DNA of 39,643 nt from an uncultured bacterium. Its GTDB lineage: Bacteria; Armatimonadota; Zipacnadia; Zipacnadales; Zipacnadaceae. Made by a program: the position numbers and the translations under genes. Positions 18,057 through 26,057 of the stretch are shown here, piece by piece. Position 1 is the stretch's first letter. Each line of letters begins with the position of its first letter. A model generated the notes under the pieces. The model made no database searches. It worked only from the letters and a program-made list of their open reading frames with translations, and was not told the DNA's origin. Where the stretch lies: positions 1 to 39,643 of the forward strand of contig CALFVE010000217.1 in assembly GCA_937928475.1 (NCBI GenBank), given 5' to 3'.

Positions 18057-18245
18057 TGTTCGTTTCCTCTCCGCCGGCCGGGAGTGACCGGCCGGTTGAC
18101 CGGGGCAGGAGTAGTGTGCGATCCCTGCGAACAGGAGTCGAGGGAGAGACAGGCGAAAGGCCTGCACTGCGCGAAGCGCGGTCTCGGCGCGGGGAAGACG
18201 AGGCATGACCGGCCGCCGCGCGGCCGCTCGAGCGGAGCACTCACC

Positions 18246-19130
18246 ATGCGCAAACTGGTCGGCTGGATACGCGCCTTACGTCCCAAGCAATGGACTAAGA
18301 ACGGCCTGGTTCTGGCGGCGCTGCTCTTCGCGCACCAGTTCCGCGATCCGCAGCGGGTGGGGCTGGCGGTGCTCGCCTTTGCCCTCTTCTGCGCGCTGGC
18401 CAGCAGCGTCTATCTGGTCAACGACGTCTGCGACCTGGAGGAGGATCGAAGGCATCCCCGCAAACGACACCGGGCGCTGGCCTCCGGGCTGATCTCCCCC
18501 ACGACGGCGCTGAGCAGCGCCGTCATCCTGGCACTGGTCGCCCTAGTCGGCTTCTTCCTCATCAACGCTCCGACCGGCTATCTGGCCATCTCGTACGTCC
18601 TGCTCCAGATCGTCTACACGCTCTGGCTGAAGCATGTGGTGATCTTGGATGTCCTGTCGGTGGCGGGAGGCTTTGTGATTCGGGCCGCCTTGGGAGCGAC
18701 CGCGATCCACGTGGAGATCTCGCCCTGGCTGCTCATTTGTACTATTCTGCTGGCGCTCTTCCTCGCCCTGAGCAAGCGCCGACAGGAACTCCAGACCTGG
18801 GGTCCCGAGGCGGCCAACCACCGCCCGATTCTGGGTGAATACACTCCCTACCTGCTCGACCAGATGATTGCCGTGGTGACCGCCTCCACGCTGATGTCCT
18901 ATGCCCTGTACACTATTAGCGAACGCACCGTCACCCAACTGGGCACGGACAAGTTGATGTATACCATCCCCTTTGTCATCTATGGCATTTTCCGCTACTT
19001 GTACCTGGTGCACCAGCGCGAGGAGGGGGAGGCACCCGACCGCGTGCTGCTCACCGACGCTCCGCTGCTGATCAACGTGCTGCTCTATGCCGTGGCGGTG
19101 CTGCTGCTGCTTACTGCCTTCGGCAAGTGA
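18246..19130 (+). CDS. UbiA-family prenyltransferase of the decaprenyl-phosphate 5-phosphoribosyltransferase (Rv3806c-like) type
   Basis: ATG 18246 gives MRKLVGWIRALRPKQWTKNGLVLAALLF. First Asp-rich motif YLVNDVCDLEEDRRHPRKRHRALASG. About 8 TM helices and a second motif region RTVTQLGTDKLMYTIPFVIYGIFRYLYL. The LRPKQWxKN + NDxxDxxxD pattern is what I recall for the DPPR synthase clade. Confidence 0.82.
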   Translation: MRKLVGWIRALRPKQWTKNGLVLAALLFAHQFRDPQRVGLAVLAFALFCALASSVYLVNDVCDLEEDRRHPRKRHRALASGLISPTTALSSAVILALVALVGFFLINAPTGYLAISYVLLQIVYTLWLKHVVILDVLSVAGGFVIRAALGATAIHVEISPWLLICTILLALFLALSKRRQELQTWGPEAANHRPILGEYTPYLLDQMIAVVTASTLMSYALYTISERTVTQLGTDKLMYTIPFVIYGIFRYLYLVHQREEGEAPDRVLLTDAPLLINVLLYAVAVLLLLTAFGK

Positions 19131-19157
19131 GCAAGCGCCGGGCGCCCTAGCGGAGAA

Positions 19158-19529
19158 TCAGCGAGACATGCTCACCATGGCGATTCCCGCAGCCACGACC
19201 AGCGTCCCCAAAGCCCGCAGCAGGTTGACGTTCTCCCCGAACCACAGGACCGAGCCGGCCATGACAATCAGAAAAGCCGCGCTGACGAAGATCGGATAGA
19301 CGACACTGATGTCCATCATGGACAGCAAGGCTAGCCACATGACGAAAGAGACGATGTAGAGGCCCACCCCGATGAGAATCTGGGGCTTGGTAAAGACCAG
19401 GAGAGCATATTGGGCCAGAGGCAGGTGGGTCTCGGAGACGCTGCCCGCGGCGTTCATGCCGGATTTGAGCAGCAGATTGCCGCCGGCCGCGAAGATTATG
19501 TTAGCTAGGATCATCAGTACCTTAATCAC
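19158..19529 (-). CDS. Small 4-TM membrane protein, SMR/EamA-like (ArnE/ArnF-type candidate lipid-linked sugar flippase subunit)
   Basis: GTG 19529 has GGAGAGGAGAG 7 nt upstream, giving ~123 aa (VIKVLMILANIIFAAGGNLLLKSGMN...). There are four hydrophobic helices ending in VVAAGIAMVSM. Size and topology fit the SMR superfamily. It is convergent with the UbiA gene, with a 27-nt gap. Confidence 0.68.
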   Translation of the reverse strand: MIKVLMILANIIFAAGGNLLLKSGMNAAGSVSETHLPLAQYALLVFTKPQILIGVGLYIVSFVMWLALLSMMDISVVYPIFVSAAFLIVMAGSVLWFGENVNLLRALGTLVVAAGIAMVSMSR

Positions 19530-19733
19530 CAGGACTCTCCTCTCCGCGAGGCTGGTTGCAAGCATCAGAGCGTGAAGGCACGGGCCGAGACAGACCGGCG
19601 TGGCCACTCATCACCGCCGGGTCTTGCGCGATCAGTTCCGCCTACGCAGGGCGGTAACCTCTTGGCGCAAGGAGGTATTGTTCGTTGCCCTCGCGAAAGC
19701 CTCCGCACACGGCTGCTGGGCGAGAGGTGAGCG

Positions 19734-20411
19734 ATGGGCTTTTTGGCAGATCCTCCGTTAGTATTCGATAACTGGCCGGTGGCGTTGCTCCGCTTGGTGG
19801 TAGCCTTCGTGGTCGGCGCGGTGCTGGGATTCGAGCGAGAGCGACGGGAGCGGCCGGCCGGCCTGCGGACGCATGTGCTGGTGTCAGTCACGGCATGCCT
19901 GAGCGTGGTCGGCTGCTATGCGCTGAGCGGCGATCCTACCAACCCCGCGCGGGTGGCCCAGGGAGTGCTGACCGGCATCGGCTTTCTGGGCGCGGGGACG
20001 ATCATACGCCATGGGAACGTGGTGCGAGGTCTGACCACGGCGGCCAGCATCTGGGCAGCGGCGGCGCTGGGCCTGGTGGTGGGGAGCGGGCTGTACCTGG
20101 CCGCGATCGCCGCGGCGCTGCTGGTGGTGGTGGCGCTGACCCTGCTTCGCCGGCTGGAGGCGCTGGTGCATCAGGAGACGGGGCCAGTGCACGTGCGGGC
20201 GAGACTGCGTCCTGGCGAGATATTTCCCCTGGGCCTGGCGCAGACCCTGGCTGAGAACGGAGTGGAGGTGGTTGCTATGGACCTGGTGCCGGGAGAGAGG
20301 CCCCAGGTTCGTCTGAGTCTGGAAGTGACCGGACACCTCTCCGAGCAGGCGGTGGTGGCGCTGGTTCGGTCCTGTCCGGCCCTCGAGGAGGCCAGGCTGG
20401 AAGTGAAGTAG
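19734..20411 (+). CDS. mgtC: MgtC/SapB family membrane protein
   Basis: GAGAGGTGAG lies upstream of ATG 19734. Motifs VVAFVVGAVLGFERERRERPAGLRTHVLVSV, GVLTGIGFLGAGTIIR and VRGLTTAASIWAAAALGLVVGSGLY, plus a soluble ACT-like C-terminal domain. Confidence 0.87.
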   Translation: MGFLADPPLVFDNWPVALLRLVVAFVVGAVLGFERERRERPAGLRTHVLVSVTACLSVVGCYALSGDPTNPARVAQGVLTGIGFLGAGTIIRHGNVVRGLTTAASIWAAAALGLVVGSGLYLAAIAAALLVVVALTLLRRLEALVHQETGPVHVRARLRPGEIFPLGLAQTLAENGVEVVAMDLVPGERPQVRLSLEVTGHLSEQAVVALVRSCPALEEARLEVK

Positions 20412-20462
20412 ACGCGCCCGCCGGCGGCGCTGAGCGGGTGCGGGAGGGAGGTCGTCACAGTG

Positions 20463-21698
20463 ATGAACACGCGCTGGATGTACGTCGTGCTGCTCGGCGC
20501 GGTCAGTTGCGTCTGCGCGGAAGCCGCCTACACGCCGCCGGTGGTCAGCGTACCTCTGACCACCAAGGCGCCGCAGTTGGATGGGCGCTTAGAGGCCGCC
20601 GAGTGGGCGCGCGCCGGCGTTCTTTCCGACTTCGTGCTGGTAGGCGGCGCCTCCCTGCCTGCGCTGCCCACCACCGTGTACATGCAATATGACGCCAGCA
20701 ACCTCTACGTGGGCGTGTTTTGCAGCGATCCCAACCCCGGCGGCCTGAAGGTGGAGGCGACGCGGCGCGACGGGGCGGTGCTGCAGGATGACTGCGTGGA
20801 GTTGTTTTTCGACACGCTGCTCCAGCGCAAGGACGTCGCGCACCTCGCGGTCAACGCAGCGAACGTGCAGTTCGATGCCTGGAACGAGGACGTTACTCAG
20901 GACTTCAAGTGGACCTCGGCAGTCCAGCGGCTGCCGGACGGCTGGAGCGTGGAGATCGCCCTGCCCTTTGCGCAGGGCATCGGGCCTAAAGTAGGAGACA
21001 CCTGGCTGATGAACGTGGGGCGCAGCGCCCCGGGACTGGGCGAGAAGTCGTGTTGGGTAGCGACAACCAATTCTTTCATGGAACTTGACCGTCTGGGCAC
21101 GCTCATTTTTTCCGGACCGCCCTTCCGAGTGAGTCTGCGAGGCCTGGGCGACCTGTGGCTGGGCCAGAATCTGGCGCAGGTCGAAGTCGCGAGCCTGACG
21201 GGTGGGTCTGCTCCCCTGGCGGCGAAGTTGAACGCGCGCGTCGAGGGGGCGTTTCCCGCCAACGGCTCGTTCAATGCGGTGAAAATCAAGGTGAGCACAG
21301 AGCCGACGGTCTGGGAAGTGCCCTACCGGGTGCCGGGAGACGGACTCAGCACGGTGATCTTCTCGGTCACCGATGAGAAAGGGACAGCCGCCTGGCGGTC
21401 CGCCCCCTATCCTGTGAACATACCGCCGTTGACGGCGGCTTTGCAGCGACTGGAGCGAGCGCTGAGCGAGGCCTTGGTGATCTGGAGTCGGCTGGAAGCC
21501 GGCGAGCAGCGGGAATCCCTAGCGGCGAGCCTGACCGAGATGCAGACCGCGTGGGAGGGCATCAACGCGCGGGTGCTCGCGCAGCGGCAGATCGCCGACC
21601 GCACGCAGTATGCCAGCCTGCTAGCCGAGGTGGACTTCCTGGCACAGGCGGCAGAGGCGCTCAAGGCCCAGGCGGTAGCGGCGACGGCCGCGGAATGA
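20463..21698 (+). CDS. Secreted protein with N-terminal CBM9-like (carbohydrate-binding family 9-like/DOMON-like) domain and C-terminal coiled coil
   Basis: ATG 20463 has GGGAGG about 11 nt upstream. Signal peptide MNTRWMYVVLLGAVSCVCAEA. CBM9-like pattern: APQLDGRLEAAEWARAG, YMQYDASNLYVGVFCSDPNP, DDCVELFFDT, WSVEIALPF and DTWLMNVGR. The C-terminal ~90 aa are heptad-like (LQRLERALSEAL...LAEVDFLAQAAEALKAQ). Confidence 0.75.
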   Translation: MNTRWMYVVLLGAVSCVCAEAAYTPPVVSVPLTTKAPQLDGRLEAAEWARAGVLSDFVLVGGASLPALPTTVYMQYDASNLYVGVFCSDPNPGGLKVEATRRDGAVLQDDCVELFFDTLLQRKDVAHLAVNAANVQFDAWNEDVTQDFKWTSAVQRLPDGWSVEIALPFAQGIGPKVGDTWLMNVGRSAPGLGEKSCWVATTNSFMELDRLGTLIFSGPPFRVSLRGLGDLWLGQNLAQVEVASLTGGSAPLAAKLNARVEGAFPANGSFNAVKIKVSTEPTVWEVPYRVPGDGLSTVIFSVTDEKGTAAWRSAPYPVNIPPLTAALQRLERALSEALVIWSRLEAGEQRESLAASLTEMQTAWEGINARVLAQRQIADRTQYASLLAEVDFLAQAAEALKAQAVAATAAE

Positions 21699-21750
21699 GG
21701 CAGGCGCTGGCGGCTCCAGACTCTGCCTCGTGTATCGAGAGGCATATCCC

Positions 21751-22548
21751 TCAGGCCAGGTCTGCGATACTCTCCAGCACGTAGTCCGGCTGCACGCCGG
21801 AGGCGGCGAGCCGGCGTCGGTCGGTCACACCGGTCAGCACCAGGGCCACCGCCACCCCGGCTCGTCGGCCCAGTTCCAGGTCGGTTTCCAGGCGGTCGCC
21901 TACTAGCAGGCACTCCCCCGGCGCCAGTCCCCACTCGCGGGTGATCACTTCCAGCATCAGCGGAGAGGGTTTGCCCGCCACTGCTTCCACGCGACGCCCC
22001 GAGGCAGCCTCCAGCAAGGCGACGAAACTGCCAGTGTCGAGGACCTCCTCCCCGCCGGGCAGCGGGCAGGTGACATCGGGGTTCGTGGCCACAAACCGGG
22101 CGCCCCGGCGCAGGGCTTGGAGCGCGCGGTTGAGATCGGCATAGGTGACGCTGCGATCCCAGGACACCGCCACCACCTCCGCTTGCTCAGGATCGTCGGT
22201 GAGCGCAAAGCCACCGCGCAGCAGTTCCTCCCGCACCGGCGCTTCCCCCAACACGAGGAGGCGCCGGCCCATGCCGGCCTCCTGCAGATACAGGCGCAGG
22301 GCGACCGGAGAGTTGATGACCTCGGTGGCCTCGGTCGGGATGCCCAGCCGGCTGAGTTTCGCCGCATACTCCTCCGCGCGGCCGATCGGCTTGTTGGAGA
22401 TGTAAGCCAGGCGCTTGCCGGCGGCGCGCAAACGGGCTACCGCACGGTCGGCGCCGGGGATAAGTCGCTCCCCGAGGTAGACGGTGCCGTCCAGGTCGAG
22501 TATGTAGCCGGCATAGTCATGCAAGAGGCGCGTGCGAGGGTCAATCAT
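21751..22548 (-). CDS. HAD-superfamily hydrolase, subfamily IIA (NagD-like sugar/nucleotide phosphatase)
   Basis: ATG 22548 overlaps the mtnP stop (ATGA at 22545-22548). Motif I is YILDLDGTVYLG, motif II is AYISNKP, and the C-terminal motifs are GKPSP and LLVGDRLETDLELG. Confidence 0.85.
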   Translation of the reverse strand: MIDPRTRLLHDYAGYILDLDGTVYLGERLIPGADRAVARLRAAGKRLAYISNKPIGRAEEYAAKLSRLGIPTEATEVINSPVALRLYLQEAGMGRRLLVLGEAPVREELLRGGFALTDDPEQAEVVAVSWDRSVTYADLNRALQALRRGARFVATNPDVTCPLPGGEEVLDTGSFVALLEAASGRRVEAVAGKPSPLMLEVITREWGLAPGECLLVGDRLETDLELGRRAGVAVALVLTGVTDRRRLAASGVQPDYVLESIADLA

Positions 22549-23309
22549 GATGACGGGCAGCGGCAGGAACGCTCCGGGGGGATGCGCACGACGGCTTCTT
22601 CGAGCAGCCGAATCAGGTCGCGACGCTTGGCGTCTATGAGCGCGGTTACTTCCTGGGCGGAGAGACGGTGCTCCGGCTCCACCCCGGCCGCCGGGTTGGT
22701 GACCACGCAGATGCTGGCATAGCACAAGCCGGCCTCGCGGGCAAAGACCACCTCGGGCACGCCGGTCATGCCCACCACGTCTCCGCCCAGCAGCCCGAAC
22801 ATTCGAATCTCAGCAGCGGTCTCGAAGCGGGGGCCTTCCGTGCAGACATACACAACTTCCTGCGTGGGGCCCATGCCCAGCGCCTCGGCGGCGGCCGCAA
22901 GGTGCGCGCGGAGTTCTTCGCAGTATGGTTCGGTCATATCTACGTGCCGCGGAGGATAGTCGGGAGGCTCGAAGAGCGAGCGGGGCCGCCCGCAGGTGAA
23001 GTCGAGGAACTGCGCGGCCAAGCACAACGAACCGACGGGCAAGGAGGCGCGGAGCGCACCGACGGCATTGAAGGCAATCACGCGGTCGCAGTGCAGCATC
23101 TGCAGAGCCACCAGGTTGGCGCGATAGTTGACCTGATGGGGCAGCAGACTGTGTTCGCGCCCGTGGCGGGGAAGAAAGACCGCTTCCCGGCCGCTGATGG
23201 TCCCGGCGTAGGCCGTGACTGCGCCAAACGGGGTGGTGACCGTGATAGGCTCCCAGCCCGCTTCGCCGATTTCGTAGAGTCCAGTACCGCCGATGATGCC
23301 GAAGGCCAT
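22545..23309 (-). CDS. mtnP: S-methyl-5'-thioadenosine phosphorylase / MTAP-family purine nucleoside phosphorylase
   Basis: GGGAG lies upstream of ATG 23309. Motifs MAFGIIGGTGLYE, FLPRHGREHSLLPHQVNYRANLVAL, YVCTEGPRFETAAEIRMF, GGDVVGMTGVPEVVFAREAG and VTNPAAG. Confidence 0.85.
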   Translation of the reverse strand: MAFGIIGGTGLYEIGEAGWEPITVTTPFGAVTAYAGTISGREAVFLPRHGREHSLLPHQVNYRANLVALQMLHCDRVIAFNAVGALRASLPVGSLCLAAQFLDFTCGRPRSLFEPPDYPPRHVDMTEPYCEELRAHLAAAAEALGMGPTQEVVYVCTEGPRFETAAEIRMFGLLGGDVVGMTGVPEVVFAREAGLCYASICVVTNPAAGVEPEHRLSAQEVTALIDAKRRDLIRLLEEAVVRIPPERSCRCPSS

Positions 23310-23342
23310 GATACGAGCTCCCTGAGGGATGGCGCCCGCCCG

Positions 23343-25331
23343 CTAGGGCCAGGGAAACATAGGCGCCTGGGTATGGTAAATGAAGGAGATGACACTCCAG
23401 AATACCGCCATGACGAACTCCCCAAAGATCAGGCCCAGGAAGAAGGGACGCAGCCGAAGGTAGGTCTTAATCCCCCCGTAGCGAGTGATGGCCGTCTTCA
23501 GCAGCCAGGCGATAAGCGCCGGGAACCAGAAGACGCACATAATCCAGGTGACGGAGAGCGCCGCGCCCAGGGGGTGCAGCGGCCACCAGACGTAGAGGCG
23601 GCGCATCGTGCCCAGGAACAGGCACAGAGCAATCCCGACGGCGAACCAGAGGAGGCGCGAGATGCGGTACTCTTCGATGCCCTCCATGAGCGGGGCCATC
23701 TCGTGCCAAAACTGCTGGTTGTTCCCAATGTACAGATACCTGTACATGGTGATCGCGCCGCGCTCATAGGTAAGCGCCAGGTGGAAATACCCGGCAACCA
23801 CAATCGCAAAGACCAGCGCCAAGATGATGACCGGGGTCATCTTGCGGCGAGGGAGGCGGACGCCATCGGCGAGGTTCTGGGCGTCCAGCATGCCGGTGAG
23901 GGTGACCCCGCGCAGGTCCCGGGTAAACATGGCGTTGGTGAAGGCGAGGAGGGTGAGGTTGGTCTTGCCCATGAGACTGCGTCGTGTGAAGAAGCTCCAG
24001 ATATCGGAGGGAGTGAAGGAACCTTCGGCCATCGGCGCGCCCGCCTCGGAGGTGGCGCGCGCCATGATTACTGCCTGCACGAACATGTAGATGCCGAACT
24101 CAGTCAAGGCGACGCCGACGCTGCCGCCCGCGGCCCGCCACCAGAAGACGATTCCCACCACTGCTAGCACGATGAGCCAAACGGCAGTGCGAAAGCGAAC
24201 CAGAGTATTGGTGGCAGAGGGGTCGCCCACGGCCTGCCGCCGCCACACGTCGCGGACCCGCACCCAGCCGGTAAAGACCATTAGGCCCACCAGGGCGAAG
24301 GACACACCAGCGGTTTGGTCAGCCACGAAGGCCATGGCCGCAGCGTGCGCCCCACCGGGGGCTACGCCCAGGGCAGAGCCGACCACCTCCTGGAGCCGCG
24401 CCAGCACAAAGAAAAACCACAGACTGAAGACCATTTCGCTGGAGAGAAGATAGAAAAAGCCGACCCCCGCCATCGAGAACCACATCTCGGTGTAGCCCAT
24501 ATTTCTCCAGGGCATTTGCTGAAACTGAATGCGATACTGAACCCGCATCAGGGGAAAAACCGGCCAGATGTTGTGGAGGCCCTTGAGGCCGAAGTAGAGG
24601 GTGGGGAGGGCAAAGCCGATCCACATGAGCGGATTGCGGAGGAAGTCGGCAGCGGCGGTGGGGGTAGCGGCTAGTTCCAGCGGCAATCTGGTGAGGGGAA
24701 AGGCGAGGTGCTCCTCGTCCGCCCAGAGGCGGTAGACGATGGCCGCCATCCCCACGAAGCACATGTAGACCAGCCCGTAAAGCACCAGCCACAAAGCGGC
24801 GGGGGCCAGCCAGGCAGCCCAGGGAAGGGCGACGCCGGCCGGAAGTCCCTCATAGTACCACTTGATCACCGGCTGGGCCGCGTCGCGGGCGGGATTCCAG
24901 GGCACGAGCGCGGGCTTGATGTGAGGGAAGTACAGGGCCTGCCAGTGATTGGCGGGAGTCGCGAGGTAGTTGAGGCCGGCCAAGGTCGGATAAAGGTCCT
25001 CAGTGAGGCCTCGGGAGGCAACCATCGAGGACAGCACCATCATGACATAGATGACTACCAGTTCGCCCGGACGCAGGCGGGCGCGGGGCGAAAGCCAGCC
25101 AGCTACGCGGTTGAGAAGGACGATAACGAACAAGAGGGCGATGGCGACCGGCGGGATTTGCAGGAAGCCGATCATGATAGCGCCGGTGACGTACTCCGCC
25201 CAGGCTACCACCGCGCAGACGACCACCGATATGCCTAAGCCGAGTACCACAGCGCGAGGGGTGATGCCATCCCGAAGTCTGGGGGACTCCCGGGCGGGGA
25301 GCACAGCGGCTAGGGGCGGGTTGGCGGCCAT
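23343..25331 (-). CDS. Large (~662 aa) polytopic membrane protein of unknown function (about 14+ TM helices); possibly the DUF6785/DUF6784-type family
   Basis: The long ORF has real hydrophobic periodicity (VVLGLGISVVVCAVVAWAEYV, PPVAIALLFVIVLLN, LVVIYVMMVLSSMV, WLVLYGLVYMCFVGMAAIVY, FSLWFFFVLARL, WLIVLAVVGIVFWW, VIILALVFAIVVAGYF, WFAVGIALCLFLG, WIMCVFWFPALIAWLL, FFLGLIFGEFVMAVFW). I recognised no transporter signature. The DUF assignment is only a recollection. ATG 25331 is preferred over 25391. The stop is 33 nt upstream of the mtnP start. Confidence 0.8.
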   Translation of the reverse strand: MAANPPLAAVLPARESPRLRDGITPRAVVLGLGISVVVCAVVAWAEYVTGAIMIGFLQIPPVAIALLFVIVLLNRVAGWLSPRARLRPGELVVIYVMMVLSSMVASRGLTEDLYPTLAGLNYLATPANHWQALYFPHIKPALVPWNPARDAAQPVIKWYYEGLPAGVALPWAAWLAPAALWLVLYGLVYMCFVGMAAIVYRLWADEEHLAFPLTRLPLELAATPTAAADFLRNPLMWIGFALPTLYFGLKGLHNIWPVFPLMRVQYRIQFQQMPWRNMGYTEMWFSMAGVGFFYLLSSEMVFSLWFFFVLARLQEVVGSALGVAPGGAHAAAMAFVADQTAGVSFALVGLMVFTGWVRVRDVWRRQAVGDPSATNTLVRFRTAVWLIVLAVVGIVFWWRAAGGSVGVALTEFGIYMFVQAVIMARATSEAGAPMAEGSFTPSDIWSFFTRRSLMGKTNLTLLAFTNAMFTRDLRGVTLTGMLDAQNLADGVRLPRRKMTPVIILALVFAIVVAGYFHLALTYERGAITMYRYLYIGNNQQFWHEMAPLMEGIEEYRISRLLWFAVGIALCLFLGTMRRLYVWWPLHPLGAALSVTWIMCVFWFPALIAWLLKTAITRYGGIKTYLRLRPFFLGLIFGEFVMAVFWSVISFIYHTQAPMFPWP

Positions 25332-25581
25332 GCGGGAACCTCGACAGTAGAGCGAATGCGATCGGCCAGCGGCCCGTGGGGAGTTCGTCAAGCAAGGCCC
25401 CGCAACCTTCCGCGTACGTGTTCCCCGCGCCTCCTCCCTCAGCGCTCCGGGGGCCGGCGCGCCGGGTTGCTGCCCGGAACCGAACTTTGCGGGAGCAGCG
25501 CCGTCCTGAAGGAGTACAGCCCCCCTCGAAAGAAATCACTGAGGGTAGGGGTCAATCTCTGTACCGGCGGGAGGTGCGGCT

Positions 25582-26001
25582 ATGTCCCACCACGTGCAGA
25601 AGGTCACTGCTTTCGGCCTGCCCATTGAGGACCGTCCTGGGGCGCTGTGCAAGGTCACCTGCGACCTGAAGGCGCACGACACGAACCTCAAGGCCTTGTG
25701 GGCTTGGGCGGAGGAAGAGGGCCAGGCGCAGGTAATGTTTGTGCCCGAGCGCCCTGAGCAGGTCTCCGGCTGCGGCTGTGAGACCTGCTGCGCGGCCGAA
25801 CCGCGCGCCGTGCTCTGGATTGAGGGCGAGGACAAGGCCGGCGCCTTGGGCGAGAACCTGCAGAAGATTGCCGCCCAGGAGATCAACATCCAGGCGGTGA
25901 TGGCCGGCGCGCTGGAAGGCAAGTACGGCGCGATCCTGGTGTTCGCCGACGAGGCCACCCTGGAGGCAGCCGCCAAGGCGCTGGGCGCGTGCTGCGCTTA
26001 G
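25582..26001 (+). CDS. Small cytoplasmic protein with two ACT-like halves and Cys-rich motifs (hypothetical)
   Basis: GGCGGGAGGTG lies upstream of ATG 25582. Two similar halves: FGLPIEDRPGALCKVTCDLKAHDTNLKAL and WIEGEDKAGALGENLQKIAAQEINIQAV. This G-A-L plus regulatory-fold pattern is typical of ACT domains. It also has the Cys clusters GCGCETCC and a C-terminal GACCA. Confidence 0.55.
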   Translation: MSHHVQKVTAFGLPIEDRPGALCKVTCDLKAHDTNLKALWAWAEEEGQAQVMFVPERPEQVSGCGCETCCAAEPRAVLWIEGEDKAGALGENLQKIAAQEINIQAVMAGALEGKYGAILVFADEATLEAAAKALGACCA

Positions 26002-26057
26002 CGCTGGAGACGTGACCTGGCCAGGCTGCGGAACTGGGGCGGGGGGGCCCGCCGGGC

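Noticed and set aside
18074-18095. CCGGCCGG-gagtga-CCGGCCGG (a self-complementary 8-mer repeated) upstream of the GT-C gene, and the 12-bp perfect palindrome CCGCTCGAGCGG at 18224-18235 just upstream of the UbiA gene start; considered as operators
   Set aside because: In DNA of this GC content, short GC-only palindromes of 8-12 bp are expected many times by chance in 40 kb. I see no second half-site pattern, and I cannot assess conservation. They remain only weak candidates.
19530-19733. 204-bp leader upstream of mgtC, examined for an Mg2+ (M-box) riboswitch or leader peptide
   Set aside because: I could not find M-box-like conserved segments or a Pro-rich leader ORF. The region is also the divergent promoter spacer for the SMR-like gene.
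21697-21743. Hairpins between the convergent CBM9-like and HAD genes: GAGGCAG/CTGCCTC with a 19-nt loop, and GCCTCG-tgtat-CGAGaGGC
   Set aside because: The stems are short or bulged, there is no U-tract on either strand, and they are indistinguishable from chance structure in GC-rich DNA. Not reported as terminators.
22668-24167. 499-aa plus-strand ORF antisense to mtnP and the large membrane protein
   Set aside because: Highly charged Gly/Arg/Asp/His-rich translation without hydrophobic core segments. The minus strand encodes two well-supported genes.
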